From Candidatus Omnitrophota bacterium (GTDB taxonomy: Bacteria > Omnitrophota > Gorgyraeia > Zapsychrales > JBDRMG01), in contig JBDRMG010000018.1 in assembly GCA_043812495.1 (NCBI GenBank), positions 7,651 through 71,650 of the forward strand: a DNA stretch of 64,000 nucleotides, in the 5' to 3' direction. The notes below the pieces were generated by a model that worked only from the letters and a program-made list of their open reading frames with translations, had not been told where the DNA came from and ran no database searches. Shown piece after piece: positions 28,768 to 37,295 of this stretch. The translations under genes were made by a program, and so were the position numbers. Position 1 is the stretch's first letter; every line of letters begins with the position of its first letter.

Positions 28768-29963
28768 TAAGGCTTCCTTTTAAGCGGATCGAGCTCTTTG
28801 AGATACGTAGCGGCAAATCGAATGAGATCGATCTCTTTGTTGTCGATATATTCATTGGGGACCAGGCCGCTAAAATCAAAGACCTCCCCATCGGGATGAT
28901 GACCCCGGGCCGTGACCAAGAGCACCATCGAATCGTCATCAAAATGAAACATGCTTTTGAGGAACACTTGGCCGGCGGTATTTTTTCCTATGAGAACCGC
29001 CCGCTTTCTTTTCTGCAAAACGCCCGCAAACAGCTCGGAAGCGCTTCCGCTTTCTTGATTGACGAGAATCGCGATCGGCCCCTCATAGTGATAACGCGTA
29101 GGGATCTTGGGAACCGACAGCATGGCTTTGGGCTGTCCTTTTTTCTGAAAATAAGCGAATTCTTCATTGGGCGGCAAGAAAAACGAGGAAATTTCACACG
29201 CCGCTAAAGGCGGACCTCCGGGATTTCCGCGCAGATCTAAAATCAAACCCGAATCTCCTTGTTTTTCAATATAAGATAAGTAATTGAACATATCTTCGCT
29301 TGTCTTTCGGTTGAATGTGCGGATTTCCAGGCAATATATTCCCGGAATATCGACGGGAACTAGAAATACGGATTGCCGGAAGTATTCCTTGCTTGTCACG
29401 CTGATTTTCCTCTTTTTCTTTGTCTCGGCATCAATGTAGGCGAGGCGGACCATGGTATCTTCAAGCGGCATGAGCAATTCAGCGATTTCTTTTTCGGTCA
29501 TAGTCAACACATCGACACTGTTGATTTGAGTGATGATATCCTTAACCCTTAAGCCTTTTTTGTAGGCATCGGAACGCGGCTCCAGGCGCACGATGAAGTA
29601 TCCCTCATCGGTGAACCTGCCTTCGATGCCTAAATTAATCTTTTTCCCCAGAACCTTTTCTTCAAATTTCTTGGCGTCTTTCGGAGGGAAAAAGGCTGAG
29701 AAGCGATCGTCCGGATTTTTGAGATAATCAATCATATAGGCCGCGCTTCGCCATTTGATATAGTTGCTTGATTTTCCTTTACTATTCAAATTATTATATA
29801 TTTCCTTATTGAACCACTGGATGAAGTTGTCAAAATTCTCTCTTGAAACGGGAAAAAAGTAATTTTCATCCACAACTTTATAGACTTCATTAAAGAAAGC
29901 TACATATTCGTCGTAAACGGCTTGCGTCCGGTCTTCTATGGCTCCAAGAGGCGCTGCAACCAT
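28767..29963 (-). CDS. S41 family C-terminal processing (tail-specific) peptidase
   Basis: Start set to MVAAPLGAIEDRT..., preceded by GGGAGG 8 nt upstream. PDZ region (…GLRVKDIITQINSVDVLTMTEKE…). Catalytic block GLILDLRGNPGGPPLAACEISSFFL. The upstream 144 codons of the long ORF lie in palindromic repeat DNA and are rejected. Confidence 0.8.
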   Translation of the reverse strand: MVAAPLGAIEDRTQAVYDEYVAFFNEVYKVVDENYFFPVSRENFDNFIQWFNKEIYNNLNSKGKSSNYIKWRSAAYMIDYLKNPDDRFSAFFPPKDAKKFEEKVLGKKINLGIEGRFTDEGYFIVRLEPRSDAYKKGLRVKDIITQINSVDVLTMTEKEIAELLMPLEDTMVRLAYIDAETKKKRKISVTSKEYFRQSVFLVPVDIPGIYCLEIRTFNRKTSEDMFNYLSYIEKQGDSGLILDLRGNPGGPPLAACEISSFFLPPNEEFAYFQKKGQPKAMLSVPKIPTRYHYEGPIAILVNQESGSASELFAGVLQKRKRAVLIGKNTAGQVFLKSMFHFDDDSMVLLVTARGHHPDGEVFDFSGLVPNEYIDNKEIDLIRFAATYLKELDPLKRKP

Positions 29964-30420
29964 TAATGAACCTCCCCGTAGCAAGCTACGGAGTCTCTTA
30001 AAGGAAGTCCTGGATGGTTCATTCTTCGAAGCCGAATACCCAACCCTACTACGCTCAAAAACTTCACTTCGTTGCGTGTTTGAGTCCGCCTTCGTCCAAT
30101 ACTTTTCGTGTTGGACTTCGGCGGGATCTCGGCGAAGCCAAATGCGAAAGCAATTTGGCGGAGACGGACTTAGTAGGGTTCTACTTCCGCCTTCATCCTC
30201 CTTCGCCAAATACCTTTCGTATTTGGCTTCGGAGGATAGTCCTTCGGAGCGAAAGGCAAAAGCACTTTCGCGAAGTAGGACATCCCCGCAGCAAGCTGCG
30301 GGGTATTCGGCGAAGTAGAATAAAGAAAGGCTTAACCCAAATAGTTTAAGCCTTGCGGATGCATCCCTGAAATATCTTAAAATCTTTTTTCCCATAGAGA
30401 TATTATAACATAGGATAATT
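29964..30420. repeat. Palindromic repeat cluster (family B: CTTCG-hairpin units)
   Basis: Three copies of a ~33-bp hairpin unit (cttcgtccaatacttttcgtgttggacttcggcgg / cttcgccaaatacctttcgtatttggcttcggagg / cggcgaagccaaatgcgaaagcaatttggcggag). Also ccccgcagcaagctgcgggg and ggcgaagtagaa, the latter shared with 36620-36756. Confidence 0.65.
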
Positions 30421-30551
30421 TGTAGTCTTGTAAATTTTGGTTCTTTCTTGATTAAGTTAAAGGAAAGAACCTGATTGCAGTGATTAAAATTCCGATTACA
30501 GAGATTTTATTATAGATATTAATCTTTGGAATCTTAAGCCATCATTGAAAT

Positions 30552-30613
30552 CAGGGCCATTCTTTCATCGTTATTGATATTCCGCAAGGTATTGGAAAAT
30601 ATGAAAGAATGGC
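30552..30613. repeat. 15-bp perfect inverted repeat flanking a 30-bp spacer
   Basis: gggccattctttcat (30553-30567) ... atgaaagaatggccc (30598-30612) in a 360-bp non-coding gap. Confidence 0.5.
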
Positions 30614-30728
30614 CCTAAATTTATAAAACTTTAGGCCCTGTTTTTGGCTATTTTTATGGAATAAACGGTTTTAACGTGCTGCTTGCGAAGTGAATGCGAA
30701 GACTAGAAATGTTCTCAGATCAAAGACA

Positions 30729-30769
30729 AAGCCCCCGCCCGCCAATGCTTCAATGGCGGGCGGGGGCTT
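30729..30769 (-). terminator. GC-rich stem-loop, probable (bidirectional) intrinsic terminator after the EF-hand gene
   Basis: aagcccccgcccgcca-atgcttca-atggcgggcgggggctt, a 16-bp stem. T-run on the plus side (tttctgctgttttttta). U-rich ttgtctttg on the minus side, 20 nt after the stop at 30788. Confidence 0.6.
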
Positions 30770-30787
30770 TAAGTTTCTGCTGTTTTT

Positions 30788-31210
30788 TTATTTTGCCTGA
30801 GTTTTGATCAGACTGGCCTCGGATCGGCTAATCGTTCCGTCACGATTTTTGTCATATTCTTTAAGAATATCTGAATCGATCACGTAGCTGCCTTTTTTAT
30901 CAACTTGCGCAACAACATCTTTGAGCAAGACCTTGGCTTCCCAGGACTGAAGACGTCCATCGCGATTCACATCATACGCTTTTTCATTGCGATTTTTAAC
31001 TGAGGATTCTGTCGTCATCCATTTGGGAGTTGATTCGCTCGCTACCGGTTGCGGCACGGATACCTTCGGTTTGGTTTCTCTAACCACCCTCTCGGTTTGA
31101 TTATTGGTATTTTTTAATCTTTTGTAATTGACCATCTGCGCATCGCACCAAGGAGTGATCGCGAGAGAGAAAATAACCCATATCGCAATGACAATAATCT
31201 TTTTTCTCAT
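30788..31210 (-). CDS. Secreted EF-hand calcium-binding protein
   Basis: 140 aa. Signal peptide (…TPWCDA|QM). Two canonical 12-residue EF-hand loops DVNRDGRLQSWE and DKNRDGTISRSE. Confidence 0.6.
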   Translation of the reverse strand: MRKKIIVIAIWVIFSLAITPWCDAQMVNYKRLKNTNNQTERVVRETKPKVSVPQPVASESTPKWMTTESSVKNRNEKAYDVNRDGRLQSWEAKVLLKDVVAQVDKKGSYVIDSDILKEYDKNRDGTISRSEASLIKTQAK

Positions 31211-31235
31211 TTCTCACCTCTCTTCTTTTCTTAAT

Positions 31236-31469
31236 TTATTTGGATTTCAGCCGTCGTCTTCTGGCTGCCAAACTAATTTTTCTTTTTGTTTCAGCGCTAT
31301 GTCGTCGGCCAGACATAGGATTTTGCTTGCCGCTATTGATACGGCTAAGCTTAATTTTCGTTGAGGTCTTGTGCCGTCGGCCGTACATCGAATTCTTTTT
31401 GCCCTTCTGGGACAGGCTTATTCTTCTTTTTGTGGCTAAAGAATGTTTTTTGCCTCGTGCCATATTCAC
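31236..31469 (-). CDS. Small basic protein composed of three NUMOD3-like repeats
   Basis: 77 aa, highly basic. Repeats KHSLATKRRISLSQKGKKN / RRHKTSTKIKLSRINSGKQNP / RRHSAETKRKISLAAR match the H-S-x-E-T-K-x-K-I-S NUMOD3 DNA-binding motif of homing-endonuclease C-terminal regions. Could be non-coding. Confidence 0.35.
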   Translation of the reverse strand: MNMARGKKHSLATKRRISLSQKGKKNSMYGRRHKTSTKIKLSRINSGKQNPMSGRRHSAETKRKISLAARRRRLKSK

Positions 31470-31507
31470 CTCTCCTTGTTAATCGGTTAACCACCCTGAC
31501 TTGTATT

Positions 31508-32236
31508 TTATACTGACCCGACATCAACTGCAGTCTTTTTTTGCTGAACAAGATTTTTCAATAAAGCGCTCTCTTCTTGTGTCATTTTATTGTCTCCCTG
31601 GGTTGCCTGAAAAATACGCCCACAGGATTGCTTAAATTTCTCCGGAACAAGGGGAACGTTAATGAGAAAATCTCGATGCGCTCTTTGTTTTCGATAATCG
31701 GGCATCATTTGCGGCCTACGCAAATATCGCTCGATTTTCAGGATATCAAACGCATACAAAATTGTCCCGTGATGCAATATAAATTTTCTTGCCCGCCTCT
31801 GCGCATTGCCGGAAAACTTTCGAAAATGCGGAAGGGTTGCTATATCAGAAATCGGCTGAAAGATCGCCCGGATATTCAGTTCTTTGAAAACCTTGATCAG
31901 CTGCCCGATGATCCATGCATAAGATTTCGGTATTTTGCTCAGTTCAGAGCGTTTTTCTTTGGAGAGAATAAGCGCATAATTCAAACATCCGCACCCTTGC
32001 ATCACTGTTCCGCCGCCGGAACACCTGCGCAAAATAGGTATTTTATCTTTTTGCACCGTTTCAAGATTGATATCATCCTGTAGTTTGCTGATTTTGCCCA
32101 GAACTATGAAAGAAACTGGTGATTCCCAAAACCGTAAGGTCTCAAGGCAACCGTTTTTTTCCGCGAGGGCAAGAAGCACTTCATCGAATAGAATATTTTC
32201 CTGAGGCGTGCCCAGGGTAATTTCGCGAGCAACCAT
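31508..32236 (-). CDS. Lipoate/octanoate-protein ligase (LplA/LipM family, BPL_LplA_LipB domain)
   Basis: 242 aa. ...ILRRCSGGGTVMQ... and ...KFSGNAQRRARKFILHHGTIL... (lipoyl-AMP binding Lys region). Sits directly downstream of the gcv operon, consistent with GcvH lipoylation. Confidence 0.75.
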   Translation of the reverse strand: MVAREITLGTPQENILFDEVLLALAEKNGCLETLRFWESPVSFIVLGKISKLQDDINLETVQKDKIPILRRCSGGGTVMQGCGCLNYALILSKEKRSELSKIPKSYAWIIGQLIKVFKELNIRAIFQPISDIATLPHFRKFSGNAQRRARKFILHHGTILYAFDILKIERYLRRPQMMPDYRKQRAHRDFLINVPLVPEKFKQSCGRIFQATQGDNKMTQEESALLKNLVQQKKTAVDVGSV

Positions 32237-32247
32237 CCAGACCTTCT

Positions 32248-33711
32248 TTATTTAACCTTTTTGAAAGAAAAATAGTTGGTGTTGAGGCTCTTGGCCGCAT
32301 AAACTTCATCAGGCCGGCTGATGGATCTTGTCAGCGGGAAATCCTTAAAGCATCCGGGGTCTTTTTCGGATAATTCATCCGCGCGGATCATGGCATCGAT
32401 AAACGTATCCATGGTTTCTTTTGATTCTGTTTCCGTGGGTTCGATCATCATCGCTTCTTTGACAATCAAAGGAAAATAAACCGTGGGAGGATGCATACCT
32501 TGGTCGATTAAGAATTTGGCGATATCCAAAGCGTGGACACCCCGCTTGGCCTGCCGGGAGGCCGAAAAAACACATTCATGCATACAGCGTCGATTAAAGG
32601 GAAGATCGTAGAATTTCTTCAGCCGCTCCATGATATAATTGGCATTCAGAACCGCATGATCGCTTGTTTCCTTTAATCCCTGCTTTCCTAATAATAATAT
32701 ATAGGCATAGGCGCGCAAGATGACGGCGAAGTTTCCGTAAAACGAAGCGATATATCCGATAGAATCGGAATAGTCATAATTCAGTGCAAATGTTCCGTCA
32801 TTGCGTATCTCCACTCTTGAAATCGGGCAAAATCGGCTTAAATGTTTCTTCATGCCCACAGGCCCCGCCCCGGGTCCGCCTCCTCCATGCGGCGCAGAGA
32901 ATGTCTTATGGAGATTGATATGAACAATATCAAACCCTAAGTCTCCCGGCCGAGCCCGGCCCATCAAGGCATTGAGATTGGCTCCGTCATAATACATCAG
33001 CCCATCAACGGCATGAACCATTTCAGCCACTTGATCAATATCTGAATTAAAAATTCCAAGCGTGTTGGGACACGTGAGCATCACGCCGGCGACATCTTTG
33101 GATATTTTTTCTTTGAGAATTTTGATATCCATTACGCCTTGTTGATCCGAAGGAACCGAGATGATTTTATAACCGGCAATAGCCGCGGAAGCCGGATTGG
33201 TGCCATGGGCCGAATCAGGCACAATAATAAATTTCTTCTTTTGACCCTTGGCTTTATGATAAGCGGCCATAAGCATGACGCCTGTAAGCTCGCCGTGAGC
33301 GCCGGCCATCGGCTGCATGGTAAACTCATCCATACCCGTAATCTCACAGAGCAAACGGTCCATCTCATAGAGGACATGCAGGGCCCCCTGAGTAAAACGC
33401 TCACCGCCTTTGAGCTGAGCCAGCATAGGATGAAGCCCTGCAAACCCAAAACTCCCCGCCAATTTTTCCGTAAAGCGCGGGTTATATTTCATGGTGCAGG
33501 ACCCCAAGGGATAAAAATTCGTGTCCACGGAATAATTCAAATGAGACAGCTTAGTAAAGTGGCGAATGAGATCCAGTTCTGTCACCTGGGGCCATTGGCA
33601 CTCTTGGGTCCTTTGATAGGTAACCGGAATTTCGCCTTTGGCGGGCACATCGGATTGTTGAATCTTCAACCCTTTTCTTCCCGAAACAGATTTTTCAAAA
33701 ATTAACTGCAT
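32248..33711 (-). CDS. gcvPB: Glycine dehydrogenase (decarboxylating) subunit 2
   Basis: ...NFYPLGSCTMKYNPRFTEKLAG...; PLP-lysine region ...NLHKTFSAPHGGGGPGAGPVG.... Start trimmed to MQLIFEKS to remove overlap with gcvPA. Confidence 0.9.
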   Translation of the reverse strand: MQLIFEKSVSGRKGLKIQQSDVPAKGEIPVTYQRTQECQWPQVTELDLIRHFTKLSHLNYSVDTNFYPLGSCTMKYNPRFTEKLAGSFGFAGLHPMLAQLKGGERFTQGALHVLYEMDRLLCEITGMDEFTMQPMAGAHGELTGVMLMAAYHKAKGQKKKFIIVPDSAHGTNPASAAIAGYKIISVPSDQQGVMDIKILKEKISKDVAGVMLTCPNTLGIFNSDIDQVAEMVHAVDGLMYYDGANLNALMGRARPGDLGFDIVHINLHKTFSAPHGGGGPGAGPVGMKKHLSRFCPISRVEIRNDGTFALNYDYSDSIGYIASFYGNFAVILRAYAYILLLGKQGLKETSDHAVLNANYIMERLKKFYDLPFNRRCMHECVFSASRQAKRGVHALDIAKFLIDQGMHPPTVYFPLIVKEAMMIEPTETESKETMDTFIDAMIRADELSEKDPGCFKDFPLTRSISRPDEVYAAKSLNTNYFSFKKVK

Positions 33712-35042
33712 AGAACTTCCTTCAGATTTTCGGCAAAACATTCGATCTCTTCTTTTGTTCTTTTTTCGGTTACGGCAATAATCATATAGTTTTCCATTTC
33801 CGGGTAATAACGGCCCAGCGGAAAACCTGCGGCAAAACCTCTCTGGATCATGGCTTCAACGACCTTAGAGGCATTTTGAGATAAATCCACCGTAAACTCA
33901 TTAAAAACGGGAGAACTCCTCTTAACCTTGATGCCTTTGATTTTTCCCAATGTCTTTCGGGCAAACTCCGCCTTATCCAGATTCAACTGCGCCAATTCCT
34001 TAAGCCCTTCCTGACCTACAATCGTCATATACATCAGAGATTGAATCGCGCATAAAGCGACATTGGTGCAGATATTGGACATGGCCTTTTCCCGTCGGAT
34101 GTGCTGTTCCCTGGCCTGCAGGGTATTCACGAAACATCTTCTGCCCAGACGGTCCACGGTCTGCCCCACAATCCGGCCGGGCATTTTGCGCATATACTCT
34201 TTTTTTGTGGCCATGAAACCAAGATACGGACCGCCAAAGTTTAGAGATAACCCCAGGCTCTGGCCTTCCCCGGTGACAATATCAACATCCATTTCTCCCG
34301 GTGTTTTTAAGATTCCCAAGGCAATAGGATAGACGCTCTGAATGGCCAGAATTCCTTTCTTATGTGCCTTGTGAATGATATCCCCGTGATCATCAATAGC
34401 CCCAAAAAAATTGGGATTTTGTAAAATAACGGCTGCGGTCTTATGGTCTAACATTTTATCCATCTCTTCTCGAGCGCTTTGACCGTGCCGGACAGGCGTT
34501 TCCTGAAATTCGACATCTAAATTGCTTGTATAAGATCGAAGGATTTTGCGATAGATCGGGCTGACGCCGCCATCCATGATAATTTTGTTGCGCCCGGTGA
34601 TACGCAACGACATCATCGCTGCTTCGTAGAGGGCTGTTCCGCCATCGTACAAAGAGGCATTGGCGATATCCATTTGCGTGAGCGTACATATACAACTTTG
34701 ATATTCGTATAGGGCCTGGAGGGTCCCTTGGGCACATTCCGGCTGATAGGGGGTGTACGCGGTCAAGAATTCTCCGCGGGAAATAAGGGCGCTCACAGCC
34801 GCAGGAACATAATGATCATAATATCCGCCGCCGATAAAAAGAATCAGATCGCGCGAATTTTTTGCGGCAAGCTTGTGGATATCCTGCGTGACTTCAAACT
34901 CAGATTTTCCTTGAGGAAGGTTAAAAGATTTGGGATGATGGCGGGGTTGAATGTCTGCAAAGAGATCGTCTATGGACCGAACACCAACCGCCTCAAGCAT
35001 CTTTTTAACATCATTTTGCGTATTGGCGATATACGGATTCAA
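33702..35042 (-). CDS. gcvPA: Glycine dehydrogenase (decarboxylating) subunit 1
   Basis: MNPYIANTQNDVKKMLEAVGVRSIDDLFADI...YTPYQPE... typical of GcvPA. Confidence 0.9.
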   Translation of the reverse strand: MNPYIANTQNDVKKMLEAVGVRSIDDLFADIQPRHHPKSFNLPQGKSEFEVTQDIHKLAAKNSRDLILFIGGGYYDHYVPAAVSALISRGEFLTAYTPYQPECAQGTLQALYEYQSCICTLTQMDIANASLYDGGTALYEAAMMSLRITGRNKIIMDGGVSPIYRKILRSYTSNLDVEFQETPVRHGQSAREEMDKMLDHKTAAVILQNPNFFGAIDDHGDIIHKAHKKGILAIQSVYPIALGILKTPGEMDVDIVTGEGQSLGLSLNFGGPYLGFMATKKEYMRKMPGRIVGQTVDRLGRRCFVNTLQAREQHIRREKAMSNICTNVALCAIQSLMYMTIVGQEGLKELAQLNLDKAEFARKTLGKIKGIKVKRSSPVFNEFTVDLSQNASKVVEAMIQRGFAAGFPLGRYYPEMENYMIIAVTEKRTKEEIECFAENLKEVLCS

Positions 35043-35428
35043 TCCTCAAGACCTTCCAGAAAATGTTCGTAATCCCCTGCGTTCATGAGGTTGGATTTTT
35101 CGCTAGGATCGGATATTTCTATTTTGGCAATCCAGCCTTTTTCATAACACGACTGATTGATCAATTCAGGGTTTTGCTCCAAATCAGTATTGACTTCAAT
35201 GATTTTTCCTGCCATCGGACAAAAGATATCATTGGCCGCCTTGACTGATTCCAGGGTTGTAATTTGTTCGAACTGATCGACTTCTGTGCCAATCGACGGC
35301 GGTTCAACAAACGTAATATCCCCGAGTGCATCCTGGGCATAATCCGTGATGCCAATCGTTGCGGTCTTTCCATCGATGTTGATCCATTCATGTTCTTTGG
35401 TGTAGAGAAAATATTGCGGAACTTCCAT
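35039..35428 (-). CDS. gcvH: Glycine cleavage system H protein
   Basis: ...YTKEHEWI..., lipoyl-lysine motif ...LESVKAANDIFCPMAGKIIEVN.... Start likely the internal MEVPQYF. Confidence 0.9.
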   Translation of the reverse strand: MEVPQYFLYTKEHEWINIDGKTATIGITDYAQDALGDITFVEPPSIGTEVDQFEQITTLESVKAANDIFCPMAGKIIEVNTDLEQNPELINQSCYEKGWIAKIEISDPSEKSNLMNAGDYEHFLEGLED

Positions 35429-35441
35429 TTCACCTCCTCTT

Positions 35442-36542
35442 TTAGCCACGTAAAGTTCCTTTCTGATAAAAAGGTTTTTTCACTATCTCTGCCTTCAAAT
35501 GATGCTCTATTTCTCCGATGAATATCGCTCCTTTGTTTTTATCAAGTTCTTCTTTAACCAATCCCATGCCAATGCCTTTTTTTAGAGCGAAAGAAAACGT
35601 ACCGCTTGTGACATGACCTATGGGGGTCCCATCATCCTTAAGAATGGCTTGATGATGACGCGGCGAACGTCGGGACTCGGAGGTAAAGAAGATCGTTTTT
35701 CTCTTCAATCCATCTTTTTGTTGCTTTAAAAGAGCGTCCTTGCCAATAAAATCTTTTTCAAAGTCGATAAAACGGCTTAGCCCTACTTCAAGAGGCGAAA
35801 TGGTTTCATCCATATCCTGGCCGTACAAGCCATAACCCATTTCCAATCTCAGGACATCGCGCGCGCCTAAGCCAGCTGGTTTTACATTATCATCTTCTAA
35901 TAATTTTTTCCACAATTCTTTTGTTTTTTGCCAGGGAAAATAAATTTCATAACCCAGCTCGCCGGTGTAACCCGTGCGGCTAATCAACGCCTGCTCTCCC
36001 AGAAGATGAAAAACATCAAACGTGTAATACGTCAACCGCTCAATGCCCGGCGCGAGAGTCTTTAAAATGTCCCTTGCCAGAGGCCCCTGGAGATCCAGCT
36101 TTCCCGTTTTCATGGAGATATTCTCGAAACTGGACTCATCGGCTAAGTGCTTGCGAAAATGTTTTTCATCTTTGTCCGTGGTAGCCGCATTGACAACAAT
36201 CATCCATTGTTTGTCCTTCATACGAAAAACAACGCAGTCATCAATGATACCGCCTTGCTCGTTACAAAGGGCGCCGTAACGACATGATCCCAGAGGTGCA
36301 TCTTTTATTTTCGAAGTTACAAGGCGATCTAATCCGTTTTTTTGAGCATCCACTTTGATCAGGAATTCTCCCATGTGACAGATATCGAATAACGCGGCTT
36401 TTGTACGGGTGGCCTCATATTCCTTATATATAGTCGTGTAGGAAATAGGCATCTGCCATTCGCCAAAAGGAGCCATTTTGGCGCCAAGCTTTAGATGTTC
36501 ATCGTAAAGAGGTGTTTGTTTGAGATTTTTTTGTCTAGACAT
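35442..36542 (-). CDS. gcvT: Glycine cleavage system T protein (aminomethyltransferase)
   Basis: MSRQKNLKQTPLYDEHLKLGAKMAPFGEWQMPISY...RTGYTGELGYEIYF... Confidence 0.9.
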   Translation of the reverse strand: MSRQKNLKQTPLYDEHLKLGAKMAPFGEWQMPISYTTIYKEYEATRTKAALFDICHMGEFLIKVDAQKNGLDRLVTSKIKDAPLGSCRYGALCNEQGGIIDDCVVFRMKDKQWMIVVNAATTDKDEKHFRKHLADESSFENISMKTGKLDLQGPLARDILKTLAPGIERLTYYTFDVFHLLGEQALISRTGYTGELGYEIYFPWQKTKELWKKLLEDDNVKPAGLGARDVLRLEMGYGLYGQDMDETISPLEVGLSRFIDFEKDFIGKDALLKQQKDGLKRKTIFFTSESRRSPRHHQAILKDDGTPIGHVTSGTFSFALKKGIGMGLVKEELDKNKGAIFIGEIEHHLKAEIVKKPFYQKGTLRG

Positions 36543-36544
36543 GT

Positions 36545-36756
36545 GGAAGAATTAACATCGCAGGATTTCATGCGCCTGGGCCTACTTCGCCCGCCATTGA
36601 TGCAGTGGCGGGCTTCGTAGCCCTCACATACTAAGATATTTTCGCAGTTCTATGAAGCCAAAGGCGAAAGTTCTGCTTCGCAGAATATTTTCCATGTTCT
36701 GCTTCGCAGAATTCTTCGAAGCTTCATGCGAAGAAGAACACTTTGGCGAAGTAGAA
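36545..36756. repeat. Mixed palindromic repeat cluster (family A ccgccattgatgcagtggcgg hairpin + family B CTTCG/ttctgcttcgcagaa units)
   Basis: cgcccgccattgatgcagtggcgggc hairpin at ~36585-36612. Two copies of ttctgcttcgcagaa. ggcgaagtagaac shared with 30300. Confidence 0.6.
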
Positions 36757-36830
36757 CCCGCCCAGGAGGACTCGAACCTCCAACACCTAGCTCCGAAGGC
36801 TAGTGCTCTATCCAATTGAACTATGGGCGG
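36757..36830 (-). tRNA. tRNA-Arg (anticodon TCG)
   Basis: Minus-strand 74 nt: CCGCCCA-TA-GTTC-AATTGGATA-GAGC-A-CTAGC-CTTCGGA-GCTAG-GTGTT-GGAGG-TTCGAGT-CCTCC-TGGGCGG-G. 7-bp acceptor, perfect anticodon and T stems, TTCGAGT T-loop, U33, anticodon TCG. CCA not encoded. Confidence 0.85.
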
Positions 36831-36831
36831 T

Positions 36832-37101
36832 TTAATTGATATTCCTTAAATTAATTTCACCACTTTTTACAATTTTTATTAAATAATCTTTTCGCTTGAG
36901 CCGCTTTAATTTATATTCAATCTTTTGAGCAATTTTTGAATCCGAATACTCTTTCTTGAAAACTAACTTTACAGGTAAAAATCTCTTTGTTGTATGAACA
37001 GCACCTTCATTATGTTTGCGTATCCTTTTTTCTATATTGGTAGTACTTCCAATATAGTATCTACCATTTTTTTCACTTTCGAGAATATAAACATATGTCA
37101 T
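36832..37101 (-). CDS. Stand-alone GIY-YIG nuclease-domain protein
   Basis: 89 aa. MTYVYILESEKNGRYYIGSTTNIEKRIRKHNEG... gives GIY...YIG...R..H..E. Immediately 5' of tRNA-Arg. Confidence 0.75.
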   Translation of the reverse strand: MTYVYILESEKNGRYYIGSTTNIEKRIRKHNEGAVHTTKRFLPVKLVFKKEYSDSKIAQKIEYKLKRLKRKDYLIKIVKSGEINLRNIN

Positions 37102-37295
37102 TATATTTCTTTTGATTCTCCATCCAACTCCGACACTCCGACTTCCATACTATATTTTAGAAGATGTCGGAGGTCGGAGCCCCGACTGAGTCTTACGACG
37201 AGTGTCGGGGTTGAGCTACAGGCGCAAATACCTTTAATCTATTTCTATAAAATCTTTATCGATTATACACTTAAATCATTTTTATGGAAATAGTA

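Noticed and set aside
29964-30395. N-terminal 144 codons of the long S41 peptidase ORF (28767..30395)
   Set aside because: The sequence is built from palindromic hairpin repeats and translates to low-complexity R/S/F-rich peptide. An internal ATG with a strong GGGAGG SD at 29963 gives a normal-length S41 protease.
36624-36815. 63-aa minus-strand ORF
   Set aside because: Overlaps the tRNA-Arg gene and the family-B repeat cluster. No coding signal.
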